From sequence record KJ019146.1: 64,000 nucleotides of DNA, one strand, 5' to 3'. The number at the start of each line of letters is the position of its first letter. The first letter of the stretch is position 1. The notes beneath the pieces were generated by a model that saw nothing but the letters and a program-made list of their open reading frames with translations, did not search any database and was not told the DNA's origin. Shown here piece after piece: positions 44,709-54,447 of the stretch. Both the position numbers and the translations under genes were made by a program.

Positions 44709-45001
44709 TGGCGTTTTCTGTAACACTTAGATCACCTACTGGTGAAGATAAAGTTGTAACAGTGGAGGGAGATCAATACATCCTAGATGCCGCAGAGGAA
44801 GCGGGTGTAGATCTCCCATATTCATGTAGAGCTGGTGCTTGTTCATCCTGTGCAGGTAAGATTGTATCTGGAAAGGTGAATCAAGAAGACCAGTCATTCT
44901 TAGATGATGATCAGATCGAAGCAGGTTTCGCACTCTTATGTGTATCTTATGCCGAATCTGATTGTGTGATTGAGACGGAAAAAGAGGAAACCCTTTACTG
45001 A
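44708..45001 (+). CDS. petF: plant-type [2Fe-2S] ferredoxin
   Basis: [16 protein letters not shown]...LLCV. Confidence 0.97.
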   Translation: MAFSVTLRSPTGEDKVVTVEGDQYILDAAEEAGVDLPYSCRAGACSSCAGKIVSGKVNQEDQSFLDDDQIEAGFALLCVSYAESDCVIETEKEETLY

Positions 45002-45006
45002 GACTG

Positions 45007-45156
45007 ATGTCTAATCCAAACGCTCTATATGAAGATATGGAGAAACTGAATGCCCTCTACGAAGAACTTTGTTGGGGGCATAACGATGAACTACAATTTT
45101 CCCATGACGGGGAGAGCATTATTATTACCAATAAAACCCAGGAGAAACAAAAATGA
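45007..45156 (+). CDS. small hypothetical protein (49 aa)
   Basis: Read by hand: MSNPNALYEDMEKLNALYEELCWGH... Confidence 0.6.
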   Translation: MSNPNALYEDMEKLNALYEELCWGHNDELQFSHDGESIIITNKTQEKQK

Positions 45157-45362
45157 CAGTAACAACTGAAGACGGCGGACGCACAAACATGTACGCCACT
45201 GAACCCACTATGTTTATTGATCCTTCTTACACTGAGAAGTATGGTTTAGAAACACACGCGGAACGAGCTGAAACAGCAAACGGGCGTTGGGCAATGATTG
45301 GATTTGTTTCTGGTATTGTATCCTATGTTATTACTGGTAACTTCTTCTTTGGTGTTATCTAA
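45153..45362 (+). CDS. hli: high-light-inducible protein (second copy)
   Basis: AETANGRWAMIGF motif. Confidence 0.92.
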   Translation: MTVTTEDGGRTNMYATEPTMFIDPSYTEKYGLETHAERAETANGRWAMIGFVSGIVSYVITGNFFFGVI

Positions 45363-45367
45363 TATTA

Positions 45368-45396
45368 GAAGGAGGGTTTGATACCCTCCTTTTTTT
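45368..45396 (+). terminator. intrinsic terminator
   Basis: AAGGAGGG-tttgata-CCCTCCTT followed by a T run. Confidence 0.8.
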
Positions 45397-45403
45397 GTGC
45401 TCC

Positions 45404-45411
45404 TATAAATA
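45404..45411 (+). promoter_or_regulatory. T4-type late promoter
   Basis: TATAAATA upstream of the tail fibre gene. Confidence 0.75.
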
Positions 45412-45443
45412 CCTTCTAGGCACCCACACACCTTCGTATCAAA

Positions 45444-47852
45444 ATGGCATTTAAGATTAATGGCGTAGTACGCATTGATAATAGTGGCAACGGTTTTCTG
45501 GGAATTGTAACCGCTACCGACGCTAATATCACAGGAGTTCTCACTGCCACTGAGGTGGATGCGAAAGTATCATCTAAGGCAATAACTGAACAAACAGATG
45601 GAACCGTAGATGATGTAACTGGTGCAGATGAACTATTACTATTAGATGCTGAGACTGGTGGATTACTAAGAGTATCAATAGATGAGTTCGTGCAGGGTTC
45701 AGGCATTGGAACTCTAGTAACGGACTTTGATAACTTAACTGTTACTGGTATCACAACCGTTGCCACCCTCAAAGGTATTGGATCTAATAACATCAGTGTA
45801 GGGAGCACACTTTCCTTTGCTGATGGTACAGAGATCATCATGGGTGACTCTGGTGACTTCAGTATTCATCATGATGGTGACCATACTTACCTAGATGAGA
45901 CGGGGCAGGGTAATCTAAAACTCCGTACAAATAACTTTAGAGTAACAAATATAGCAGAAACAAAACCAGCTATTACAGCACAGGTTACTTCTGGTGTTGA
46001 GTTGTATTTTGATGGTAATAAGAAGATAGAAACTACAAATACTGGTGTTCTTGTGAGTGGTATGCTCACTGCTGATAGATTAAGATCAGGTGATATTGCT
46101 GCTAGAAATGTAATCACACTGGGTATTACCACTATCCAAGATCATTTGGAAGTGAATGATAGTACTGGTTCTGGTACCGAATATAATCTTAATGTTAAGA
46201 CTAATGGTAGTTCTACCTTTGGTGTCTTAGGTAATGGAAATATTCTACTTGGAAACAGTTCCGGTGCTCCATTCATGGCGACGAATGATCACCACGCAAC
46301 TTCCAAGAAGTATGTGGATGATGCTATTGATGATTCCGTCAGCTACATCGGCGCTAGTGCTTGGGGTAGTGTTGCTGCTGATGGATCACTTCGGAATGGA
46401 CTAAACTGCACAACTTCACAAACAAGTGGAGGGGTTTATCAAGTCACGTTCACAACTCCTCTTTCTAATGCAAACTATGCTATCACTGGAGCATCTAGTG
46501 ATAGTGCTTTCTGGGTAAAAGATGGTTCAGAAACAGTCAATGGATTTACAGTTTATATAGTTGATGTAGATGGAAATTCAATAAATAGAGATTTATCCTT
46601 CGCCGTCTTCAGTGCCAACGCCATCGTGCCGCCGTCAGGTGTAGGCGCTGACGCCTGGGGAACATTCTCTGGAACGACTGGCGACCTGCAAGCTGGGATG
46701 AATATCAGCTCAACTACACGTACTGCCCTAGGAGAATATGACGTAGAATTTATAACCGAGATGCCTTCGGACTCAGAATATGCCGTAACCGCAGTATCTA
46801 ATGCAAGTCAAGCAAAGTTTATTAATATACGCAATAAGTCTACAAGTGGTTTTAAGGTTGTAACTAGAGATGGTTCTGGAAATATTTCTGACGGAGCCGT
46901 ATCCTTCGCCGTCCACGCATCATCAACAGTCACGCCAACCTATACCTGGACACGCGACGGCACAACGCTGAAGACTGCTAATGATGGTGATGATGTAGAG
47001 GTGAACGGTCGGGGCCTTTTCGAAAGCAGCGAGCCGGCTGACTATGTTGTGAGAGTAAAAAACACCGACACAGGTACTATCAATCCCGCATGTTTGCTGC
47101 TGGACATGCGAGATGTCGATGCTTCTAATAATTATTCAGCCTTAAGGGTAGTAGGTTACAACACTACAACAGGTCTTGATATAAATTCAGACGGCGCTAT
47201 CACGGCTCAGGGGCAGATAACCGCAAACGTCAGTAACCAAGGCGGAGAGAATAGTGCAATCAAGGCAATTCAAACCAACTCCAACGGGTATGCGGTATGG
47301 GTTGGTGATGGACCTAACTCTACAGATAGAACCGCTTCTATAGGCCCTGATGGAAGAGCCACGTTTTCCTCCGGCAAAATTTCGCTGGGTCCGACCGGCT
47401 CGGGGACGTTTGCAGACAATAACATCTTCCTGCAGTCGGACGGACAAGTCAGATGCACGAACGTAATTACATCTTCAGCTTTGGCAGGCTCAGGCACCAG
47501 ACCATTATATGTCGACTCATCTGGTGGTTTAACTATCAGCTCTTCTGATCGTAGTTTGAAGACGAACATCACTACTCTTCCTGATCAGATACAAGTAGTC
47601 AAAGCATTAAATCCCGTTTCGTTTAATTGGATAGAGAAAGAAAGACTAGGTGCAGGTCTTGAAATTGGATTTATTGCTCAAGAAGTAGAAGAAATCGTTC
47701 CTGAGGTTGTTCGTAGCACTGCCGGAATACTTTCAGTAGATTATGCAAAATTAACCGCAACTTTAACGTCTGCCCTACAGGCAGCACTCACCCGCATCGA
47801 AGCCCTCGAAGCGAAAGTCCAATCACTCGAAGAAGGTGTGACACCTGACTAA
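45444..47852 (+). CDS. tail fibre/receptor-binding protein with C-terminal peptidase S74 chaperone domain
   Basis: Beta-rich G/T/S composition; SDRSLKTNI...GFIAQEV...VDYAKL followed by a coiled coil. Confidence 0.85.
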   Translation: MAFKINGVVRIDNSGNGFLGIVTATDANITGVLTATEVDAKVSSKAITEQTDGTVDDVTGADELLLLDAETGGLLRVSIDEFVQGSGIGTLVTDFDNLTVTGITTVATLKGIGSNNISVGSTLSFADGTEIIMGDSGDFSIHHDGDHTYLDETGQGNLKLRTNNFRVTNIAETKPAITAQVTSGVELYFDGNKKIETTNTGVLVSGMLTADRLRSGDIAARNVITLGITTIQDHLEVNDSTGSGTEYNLNVKTNGSSTFGVLGNGNILLGNSSGAPFMATNDHHATSKKYVDDAIDDSVSYIGASAWGSVAADGSLRNGLNCTTSQTSGGVYQVTFTTPLSNANYAITGASSDSAFWVKDGSETVNGFTVYIVDVDGNSINRDLSFAVFSANAIVPPSGVGADAWGTFSGTTGDLQAGMNISSTTRTALGEYDVEFITEMPSDSEYAVTAVSNASQAKFINIRNKSTSGFKVVTRDGSGNISDGAVSFAVHASSTVTPTYTWTRDGTTLKTANDGDDVEVNGRGLFESSEPADYVVRVKNTDTGTINPACLLLDMRDVDASNNYSALRVVGYNTTTGLDINSDGAITAQGQITANVSNQGGENSAIKAIQTNSNGYAVWVGDGPNSTDRTASIGPDGRATFSSGKISLGPTGSGTFADNNIFLQSDGQVRCTNVITSSALAGSGTRPLYVDSSGGLTISSSDRSLKTNITTLPDQIQVVKALNPVSFNWIEKERLGAGLEIGFIAQEVEEIVPEVVRSTAGILSVDYAKLTATLTSALQAALTRIEALEAKVQSLEEGVTPD

Positions 47853-47865
47853 CTGGCACAGGGGG

Positions 47866-47907
47866 TTGGCACCCTGGGGAATCTGTGTTATAATAAACAC
47901 ATAAATA
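47866..47907 (+). promoter_or_regulatory. dual psbA promoter: sigma70-type plus late-type
   Basis: TTGGCA-N17-TATAAT (47866-47894) and CATAAATA (47900-47907). Confidence 0.7.
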
Positions 47908-47934
47908 AGAAATGTAACGTTCTTATTACAACAC

Positions 47935-48045
47935 TTCCATCTAACCGAGACCTATGGGGAAGTAAAATACGTCTCTAATACCTACACCGGAGGGTGGTGT
48001 AGGAATAATACTATCGTCAGCTCCCCCTGGCACTACTTACCCTTT
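47935..48045 (+). ncRNA. structured psbA leader, PhotoRC-II-motif-like
   Basis: Stems GAGAC/GTCTC and CCTACACC/GGTGTAGG. The GGAGGGT loop is complementary to downstream ACCCT. Position matches the known motif; not confirmed by search. Confidence 0.55.
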
Positions 48046-48052
48046 TTACACA

Positions 48053-49132
48053 ATGGCTTCAACACTTACACGCCGTCAAGGCGCATCTATCTGGGATCAG
48101 TTTTGTTCCTGGGTCACATCAACCAACAATCGTCTTTACGTCGGTTGGTTCGGTGTTCTAATGATTCCTACATTGTTAGCCGCAACTGTATGTTTCATTA
48201 TCGCTTTCGTGGGTGCTCCCCCAGTGGACATCGACGGAATCCGTGAACCAGTAGCTGGTTCACTCATGTATGGAAACAACATCATCTCTGGTGCAGTTGT
48301 TCCTAGTTCAAACGCAATCGGTCTACACTTCTACCCAATCTGGGAAGCAGCCACACTCGACGAATGGCTCTACAACGGTGGTCCTTTCCAACTAGTTGTC
48401 TTCCACTTCCTTATTGGTATCTACGCCTATATGGGACGTGAGTGGGAACTCTCTTATCGTTTAGGTATGAGACCTTGGATCTGTGTAGCATACTCTGCAC
48501 CAGTTGCAGCAGCTTCAGCAGTATTCCTAGTCTATCCTTTCGGTCAAGGTTCATTCTCAGACGCGATGCCCTTGGGTATCTCTGGAACATTCAACTACAT
48601 GTTGGTATTCCAAGCAGAACATAACATCCTGATGCACCCCTTCCACATGTTGGGAGTCGCAGGTGTCTTTGGTGGTTCATTGTTCTCAGCGATGCACGGT
48701 TCACTTGTTACATCTTCACTCGTAAGAGAGACAACTGAAACAGAATCCCAGAACTATGGTTACAAGTTTGGACAAGAAGAGGAGACCTACAACATCGTTG
48801 CAGCCCATGGCTACTTCGGTCGTTTGATCTTCCAATACGCCTCATTCAACAACTCCAGAAGTCTTCACTTCTTTCTCGCAGCGTGGCCCGTTGTAGGTAT
48901 CTGGTTCACCGCACTTGGTGTTTCCACAATGGCATTCAACCTCAATGGTTTCAACTTCAACCAGTCTGTTATCGACGGACAAGGTAGAGTATTGAACACC
49001 TGGGCGGATGTATTGAACAGAGCTGGTCTAGGTATGGAGGTGATGCATGAGAGAAATGCACACAACTTCCCACTAGATTTGGCAGCAGCTGAGTCCACAC
49101 CTGTGGCTCTAATTGCACCATCTGTTGGTTGA
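48053..49132 (+). CDS. psbA: photosystem II D1 protein
   Basis: [26 protein letters not shown] and [14 protein letters not shown]; uninterrupted. Confidence 0.99.
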   Translation: MASTLTRRQGASIWDQFCSWVTSTNNRLYVGWFGVLMIPTLLAATVCFIIAFVGAPPVDIDGIREPVAGSLMYGNNIISGAVVPSSNAIGLHFYPIWEAATLDEWLYNGGPFQLVVFHFLIGIYAYMGREWELSYRLGMRPWICVAYSAPVAAASAVFLVYPFGQGSFSDAMPLGISGTFNYMLVFQAEHNILMHPFHMLGVAGVFGGSLFSAMHGSLVTSSLVRETTETESQNYGYKFGQEEETYNIVAAHGYFGRLIFQYASFNNSRSLHFFLAAWPVVGIWFTALGVSTMAFNLNGFNFNQSVIDGQGRVLNTWADVLNRAGLGMEVMHERNAHNFPLDLAAAESTPVALIAPSVG

Positions 49133-49154
49133 TCACTCAACCTGTGATATGATA

Positions 49155-49184
49155 AAAGGGGACTTCGGTCCCCTTTCTTTTTCT
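49155..49184 (+). terminator. intrinsic terminator after psbA
   Basis: AAAGGGGAC-ttcg-GTCCCCTTT followed by a T-rich tail. Confidence 0.85.
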
Positions 49185-49202
49185 TTTGTAATGTAAAGTT
49201 TT

Positions 49203-49433
49203 ATGTCTCACGATCTAATCGAATTGCTCACTTACTATGTGATCGGTGGTGCCCTTATCATAGGACCACCCGCTATCTTTCTCATCATTGCTATGATGGC
49301 AGCACTCCAAAATACGAAAGGTCGCATGGTTGGATACAAAGATCACAAAACTTATGGTGATTCATCCATCTACGATCCGGCACCAAAATTGCCAGTAGAT
49401 CAAACAAAATTCTTCTTGGAACTTAACAACTGA
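49203..49433 (+). CDS. hypothetical membrane protein
   Basis: 76 aa with one TM helix. Confidence 0.65.
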   Translation: MSHDLIELLTYYVIGGALIIGPPAIFLIIAMMAALQNTKGRMVGYKDHKTYGDSSIYDPAPKLPVDQTKFFLELNN

Positions 49434-49444
49434 GGTAAACAAAA

Positions 49445-50506
49445 ATGACGACAAGTACACTTGCACCCCCAAAAAGCAACGGGGGTTGGTATGATATTTT
49501 GGAAGACTGGCTTCTCAGAGATAGGTTTATCTTTATTGGCTGGTCTGGATTACTACTTCTTCCCACTGCTTATCTTGCCATTGGCGGCTGGCTTACTGGC
49601 ACAACTTTTGTCACGAGTTGGTACACCCATGGTCTTGCTTCTTCCTATCTTGAGGGTGCTAACTTTCTCACGGCGGCTGTCTCGACTCCTGCTGATGCTA
49701 TGGGTCATTCTCTTCTTCTACTTTGGGGTCCTGAATCTCAGGGCGACTTCCAGCGGTGGCTCCAACTTGGAGGGCTTTGGTCCTTTGTTGCTCTCCACGG
49801 TGCCTTCGCTCTAATTGGATTCATGCTTCGTCAGTTTGAACTGTCACGACTCATTGGTATCCGTCCCTACAACGCTATTGCATTCAGTGGTCCTATCGCT
49901 GTATTCGTCAGTGTGTTTCTTCTATACCCACTAGGTCAATCTTCCTGGTTCTTTGCCCCCTCCTTTGGTGTGGCAGCAATCTTTAGATTCCTATTGTTTC
50001 TTCAGGGTTTCCACAACTGGACACTGAACCCCTTCCATATGATGGGAGTTGCTGGTATACTAGGTGGAGCACTACTATCTGCAATCCATGGCGTTACTGT
50101 TGAAAATACCCTATATGAAGATGGAGAACAGAATAACACCTTCACTGCGTTCGATTCCACCCAGGAGGAAGAGACCTATTCGATGGTTACTGCGAACCGC
50201 TTCTGGTCGCAAATCTTCGGGGTTGCGTTTAGTAATAAGCGTTGGCTTCACTTCTTTATGTTGTTTGTTCCTGTCATGGGTCTTTGGGTCTCAAGTATTG
50301 GGATCATTGGGCTTGCTCTTAATCTTCGTGCTTATGATTTTGTGAGCCAAGAGATTAGAGCAGCAGAAGATCCTGAGTTTGAAACTTTCTACACAAAGAA
50401 CATCCTTCTTAACGAAGGACTAAGAGCATGGATGGCACCTGTGGATCAACCACATGAGTCATTTGTATTCCCAGAAGAAGTTCTACCTAGAGGTAACGCA
50501 TTGTGA
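49445..50506 (+). CDS. psbD: photosystem II D2 protein
   Basis: [21 protein letters not shown] and [11 protein letters not shown]. Confidence 0.99.
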   Translation: MTTSTLAPPKSNGGWYDILEDWLLRDRFIFIGWSGLLLLPTAYLAIGGWLTGTTFVTSWYTHGLASSYLEGANFLTAAVSTPADAMGHSLLLLWGPESQGDFQRWLQLGGLWSFVALHGAFALIGFMLRQFELSRLIGIRPYNAIAFSGPIAVFVSVFLLYPLGQSSWFFAPSFGVAAIFRFLLFLQGFHNWTLNPFHMMGVAGILGGALLSAIHGVTVENTLYEDGEQNNTFTAFDSTQEEETYSMVTANRFWSQIFGVAFSNKRWLHFFMLFVPVMGLWVSSIGIIGLALNLRAYDFVSQEIRAAEDPEFETFYTKNILLNEGLRAWMAPVDQPHESFVFPEEVLPRGNAL

Positions 50507-50748
50507 TTAACGCACTCTTCACTTTTATATTTGCTGCGGTGATGTGGGTGCAAGTCCCACAGTGGCAGGATGATTGGTCTAAGTGCGCAGTAGATGTACC
50601 TGATGTTCAATGTCATTGGTATATCACAGCACCCGATAGCACCATGGGTGAAGGATTTAGTTGGGCGAATGCCCCTTGGTTCAGTGCTGAAGGTCTCCTT
50701 GATATTGGAGAACTTCACAACACAGTTCAATCACTTCAGGAGGCATGA
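50503..50748 (+). CDS. hypothetical protein with signal peptide
   Basis: 81 aa; GTGA overlap with the psbD stop. Confidence 0.65.
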   Translation: MINALFTFIFAAVMWVQVPQWQDDWSKCAVDVPDVQCHWYITAPDSTMGEGFSWANAPWFSAEGLLDIGELHNTVQSLQEA

Positions 50749-50960
50749 TGAATATATTATTTTTAGTATTATACTTCGTCTGTTTCTGTCTCATTGCAGG
50801 TGGTGCCGCAGCTATGATGTATGCAAACATACAATCTATCTGGAACACACCACCCGCTCTACCTAAACCAATTCATCCTGAGGCACCTGTAGCAGGTGAA
50901 GAGGTTATGTATGTCGATCTAACAAGAGAAAAACTGGAAGATTTGTACCATGAACATTGA
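50745..50960 (+). CDS. hypothetical membrane protein
   Basis: 71 aa with an N-terminal TM helix. Confidence 0.65.
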   Translation: MMNILFLVLYFVCFCLIAGGAAAMMYANIQSIWNTPPALPKPIHPEAPVAGEEVMYVDLTREKLEDLYHEH

Positions 50961-51072
50961 ATACCTTTTAGGTTGGGTTGCTATTCTTGTTTTGTTTATA
51001 GCAACACAGAATACTGATGATGACGATGATCCAGAAGGTGGCATGATGGTCCCTTCTACCCAATACTCATAA
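50950..51072 (+). CDS. small membrane protein (40 aa, DDDDDPEGGMMVP)
   Basis: Read by hand. Confidence 0.5.
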   Translation: MNIEYLLGWVAILVLFIATQNTDDDDDPEGGMMVPSTQYS

Positions 51073-51194
51073 CAAAACTACAAGGGGATTGCTAACAATC
51101 CTCTTTTTTTATGCCTTTATATTGCCTGATTGTTATATAATGTGTTTATTTTCACACAAACCATATACATAGAGTGTAGAACAAGAGGAGTATT

Positions 51195-51395
51195 ATGTTA
51201 TCGCATAATCTTATTTCGCATAACCAATTAGAAGGTTGGCGAGAATCTTTTCAGAAGATAGATAAATCTACCAATAAAACAACAGACGAACTAAACCTAA
51301 TTAATGATTACTATGATTGCTTAATAGAGTGTGATGATAACCAATCAGCATGTAAGCGTATCTGTAAACATGTATTGACATCTCCACCAATTTAA
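51195..51395 (+). CDS. small Cys-rich hypothetical protein
   Basis: CLIECDDNQSACKRIC; GAGGAG SD; terminators on both sides. Confidence 0.75.
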   Translation: MLSHNLISHNQLEGWRESFQKIDKSTNKTTDELNLINDYYDCLIECDDNQSACKRICKHVLTSPPI

Positions 51396-51434
51396 ATATG
51401 TTAGAATGGAGGGTATAACAACCCTCCTTTTTTT

Positions 51435-51602
51435 ATGCGATTCGATTTAACCATGGATGATTATGCCATCATCCTCAACGCATTACACTATTATAAGAAA
51501 GTAGAGAAGCGTGGCAACTTCAAGCAGTATAATGAGGAGCGAGTTAACGATCTTAGGGACCGAATGGCCCACCAAATCGTCTGGGAACAGGGTGAAGAGT
51601 AG
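51435..51602 (+). CDS. small hypothetical protein (55 aa)
   Basis: Read by hand. Confidence 0.55.
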   Translation: MRFDLTMDDYAIILNALHYYKKVEKRGNFKQYNEERVNDLRDRMAHQIVWEQGEE

Positions 51603-51717
51603 CAAATACCACCATTTTCAGGAACCTCTCACCAAACCTTTGGGATACACTATGGGAAAACGGGTTGTTGATCGCCTATAATAAGGGGGTAGAACACAAC
51701 TGGAGAGAAAATCCACT

Positions 51718-52098
51718 ATGAAAATCCAACAATCAATGCTTCGTCGTCTCGCCGCTAAGAAAGGAAAGACGCAGAACGGATTCACACTAATTGAACTGAT
51801 GGTGGTTGTTGCTATCGTTGGTGTCCTGTCCGCTGTAGCACTTCCTCAACTCACTAAAGCACAAGACCGTGCTAAGTCCGCAGCCGCATCTTCCACCGCA
51901 TTAAACGCTGCTAAGACTTGTTCAATCGCTATCATCGGCGGTGATTCTACAGAGGGTGACGTCGCTGAAGTTACCACAGGGGACGTTACCAATGGAGCGA
52001 TCACTTGCGCTGATGATGCCGAATTCGTATTCATCGGTGGCGGAGACACATGGACAGTAGCGATGGATGACGGCATTCCCGGTAACCCTTCTAAGTAA
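51718..52098 (+). CDS. pilA: type IV prepilin (major-pilin-like)
   Basis: Basic leader, then G21|F22TLIE26LMVVVAIVGVLSAVALP class III signal peptide, and two Cys in the head domain. Confidence 0.88.
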   Translation: MKIQQSMLRRLAAKKGKTQNGFTLIELMVVVAIVGVLSAVALPQLTKAQDRAKSAAASSTALNAAKTCSIAIIGGDSTEGDVAEVTTGDVTNGAITCADDAEFVFIGGGDTWTVAMDDGIPGNPSK

Positions 52099-52104
52099 AA
52101 ATCA

Positions 52105-52668
52105 ATGAACCTAATGTCCGCTCTGGTAGGACTTAGTGTTATGGGGGCTGCGGCTCCCTCAATAACACAAATGTCCATCGCACCATTCGAAGCTCAAAAG
52201 AGAGCACAAAACCTTGGAGTCGCTGAAACTGCTGCTGTAGTATTCGCCGCTACTTACGAAGGTAAGCTCGAACTCCCAGAAGATACAGACACCTGTGTAT
52301 CAAAGTTACGTGAAGGTACTGCAAACGCTTTTAGCGTTACCTGTACTGAAGGTGATGGTAAGTATGTCCAAAGTGTCACTCGTGCCTTCCGTCTAGCTGT
52401 ACCTGATTCAGAACTAGATGGTGGTAATGGAACTGATACAAGCAGAGAGTTTGCATTTGAAACTCCTACTCGTTTCTCAGGACACCAATGTCCAATTCAC
52501 GACAGATGGGGAACTAATGGATACAACGATAGAAATTACTCTGCCTTAGGTGGAGCTTGTATTCCTAACGATGGTTGGAATCAAACTAATTATCAGTTCT
52601 CTAATCCAGACGCTTGGCTTTATGACATCAACAACCGTAATGGTTGGGGAGCACATCCTGACTACTAA
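52105..52668 (+). CDS. pilin/pseudopilin-like protein with N-terminal hydrophobic helix
   Basis: MNLMSALVGLSVMGAAAP...QKRA; four Cys; lies 6 nt after pilA. Confidence 0.5.
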   Translation: MNLMSALVGLSVMGAAAPSITQMSIAPFEAQKRAQNLGVAETAAVVFAATYEGKLELPEDTDTCVSKLREGTANAFSVTCTEGDGKYVQSVTRAFRLAVPDSELDGGNGTDTSREFAFETPTRFSGHQCPIHDRWGTNGYNDRNYSALGGACIPNDGWNQTNYQFSNPDAWLYDINNRNGWGAHPDY

Positions 52669-52850
52669 TGATTGAGTTACTCGCATCTAGCATTATCATT
52701 TACGGTAATGCCAACGGGGTGTGGTCTCCCTCACATCCCGATATTTATCCTTATTCAGAACCACCTACACGAGTAGAAAAACCTGAAACTCCAAAAACAT
52801 CTACGACTAGCGGAAATGGAGATATCATTTTCCCTCAACTATTAGAATAA
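52668..52850 (+). CDS. small hypothetical protein
   Basis: TAATG overlap; followed by a terminator. Confidence 0.5.
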   Translation: MIELLASSIIIYGNANGVWSPSHPDIYPYSEPPTRVEKPETPKTSTTSGNGDIIFPQLLE

Positions 52851-52872
52851 CTAAAACTAGGAAACACACACA

Positions 52873-52894
52873 GGAGGGCAACCCTCCTTTTTTT
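52873..52894 (+). terminator. intrinsic terminator closing the pilin cassette
   Basis: GGAGGG-caa-CCCTCC followed by a T run. Confidence 0.75.
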
Positions 52895-52909
52895 GTGCTA
52901 TAATTACTA

Positions 52910-53209
52910 GTGAGTTGTGAGACTACTATGGATGAAAGAATAAGAACTTTATATGTCTTTCAGTCGGATGATCGTCTCATAACTCATGACGGGCATGTTC
53001 AACTAGGTTGTCACAACATGACTATGGAAGAGTTTATGTCTTTCGATAGGGAGAATATCCGATACATCGAAACCTACTGGTTGCCTGATGTATTTGGAAA
53101 TAGGTATAAGCGTTCTAACTTCCAAGCACACCAGAGGGTATCTGGGGAGAAGGGTGTATTAGAACTATCCAATAACCAACCAGAAAACAGACTTGATAGG
53201 TCTGTATAA
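52910..53209 (+). CDS. hypothetical protein
   Basis: ~95-aa ORF after TG-C-TATAAT. Confidence 0.65.
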   Translation: MSCETTMDERIRTLYVFQSDDRLITHDGHVQLGCHNMTMEEFMSFDRENIRYIETYWLPDVFGNRYKRSNFQAHQRVSGEKGVLELSNNQPENRLDRSV

Positions 53210-53237
53210 GGCACCTATATACACAAAAAGGATTCCT

Positions 53238-53447
53238 ATGGGACCTATAATTGTATTTGCTTGTTTTCTACCTATAGTTGCTATATTCATTGTAATAAAA
53301 CTAGCTGTTTGGGTAGAAGCTGTTAACTCCGAAACAAACTATGTCAGAGAAGAACCTTCAAGACAACGAGGACCTTGGGTGGAAAACCCATATGAGGATA
53401 TTGATGTTGAGGAAGAGGAGTATGGAGATCGCACAGACTATCGATGA
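53238..53447 (+). CDS. hypothetical membrane protein
   Basis: In-frame ATG 53238; N-terminal TM helix. Confidence 0.6.
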   Translation: MGPIIVFACFLPIVAIFIVIKLAVWVEAVNSETNYVREEPSRQRGPWVENPYEDIDVEEEEYGDRTDYR

Positions 53448-53574
53448 AGCGATTAACGACTATTATTCGCTTCATGGACTCCCTGTTCCCGATTGGAAAC
53501 TGAAAAAGAATCCAGACTGGTGGATTGAATACTTACTTTCTCTTGGATTAACTGATAACAATGAACCCCTTTAA
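53422..53574 (+). CDS. small hypothetical protein (50 aa)
   Basis: In-frame ATG 53422 with GAGGAG SD. Confidence 0.6.
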   Translation: MEIAQTIDEAINDYYSLHGLPVPDWKLKKNPDWWIEYLLSLGLTDNNEPL

Positions 53575-53731
53575 GATACTCGGACCTTTCCTGAACCTAT
53601 TGGTGGTGTATAGTCTATGGTATTCTGACTTATACAGTAGGAATCGATACTACGCATATGGTATTGTACTACTACACATTCTCGTACTGGCATCAATTCC
53701 AACCATACCCGCAATTCTATATTGGTATTAA
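53561..53731 (+). CDS. small membrane protein (56 aa)
   Basis: Read by hand; two hydrophobic segments. Confidence 0.45.
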   Translation: MNPFKILGPFLNLLVVYSLWYSDLYSRNRYYAYGIVLLHILVLASIPTIPAILYWY

Positions 53732-53733
53732 TT

Positions 53734-54384
53734 ATGAAGATCTTTTTAGACACCGCTGACTTGAATGAGATCAGAGAAGCATCATCCACTGGTTTGATTG
53801 ATGGGGTGACTACCAACCCAACACTCATTCTAAAGAGTGGTAATGACCTATACTCCACTGCAAAACTATTACAACTAGAATACCCTACATTTGAGAGTAT
53901 CTCCACTGAGGTGGTTGCAGACACCGCAGAGGAGATGGTAGAGCAGGCACGTCAGTATCTTAATATTGGATCTGCAATCACTGTTAAGGTTCCTTGTACT
54001 GTAGAGGGTCTTAAGGCGTGTAGAACACTCTCAGAGGAGGGTGTGAAGACCAATGTGACCCTTGTGTTCTCTGTATCCCAGGCTATCCTGGCAGCTAAGT
54101 CAGGAGCCACCTACGTGTCTCCCTTTGTTGGTAGGGTGAATGATAACTCCTTCAGTGGGGTTGCACTTATCCAAGCTATCTCAGAGACCTTCTCCCTACA
54201 CAGGGTGAAGACAGAGGTATTGGCAGCTTCAGTTCGTGAAGCAAACCAAGTAGGACGTTGTTTTGCAGCTGGTGCTGACATTTGTACCATCCCAACCAAA
54301 GTATTCTGGAAGATGTACGAGCACATTCTCACAGAGAAAGGTTTAGAACTCTTCCAAAAGGACTGGGATAACTCAACACGATAG
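53734..54384 (+). CDS. talC: transaldolase family protein TalC
   Basis: MKIFLDTAD, GVTTNPTL, VKVPCT.EG, TNVTL.FS, YVSPFVGR and LAASVR. Confidence 0.96.
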   Translation: MKIFLDTADLNEIREASSTGLIDGVTTNPTLILKSGNDLYSTAKLLQLEYPTFESISTEVVADTAEEMVEQARQYLNIGSAITVKVPCTVEGLKACRTLSEEGVKTNVTLVFSVSQAILAAKSGATYVSPFVGRVNDNSFSGVALIQAISETFSLHRVKTEVLAASVREANQVGRCFAAGADICTIPTKVFWKMYEHILTEKGLELFQKDWDNSTR

Positions 54385-54447
54385 GGTGTGAATATCCACA
54401 CTTTAAGTATTATATAAATATTAAAGAATACATATTTCTTTGCATAA

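Noticed and set aside
47913-47930. NtcA box upstream of psbA
   Set aside because: The spacing is GTA-N10-TAC, not GTA-N8-TAC. It is also not a full HLR1 direct repeat.
51195-51395. CP12
   Set aside because: It lacks the AWD.VEEL core and the C-terminal CxxxPxxxxC pattern.
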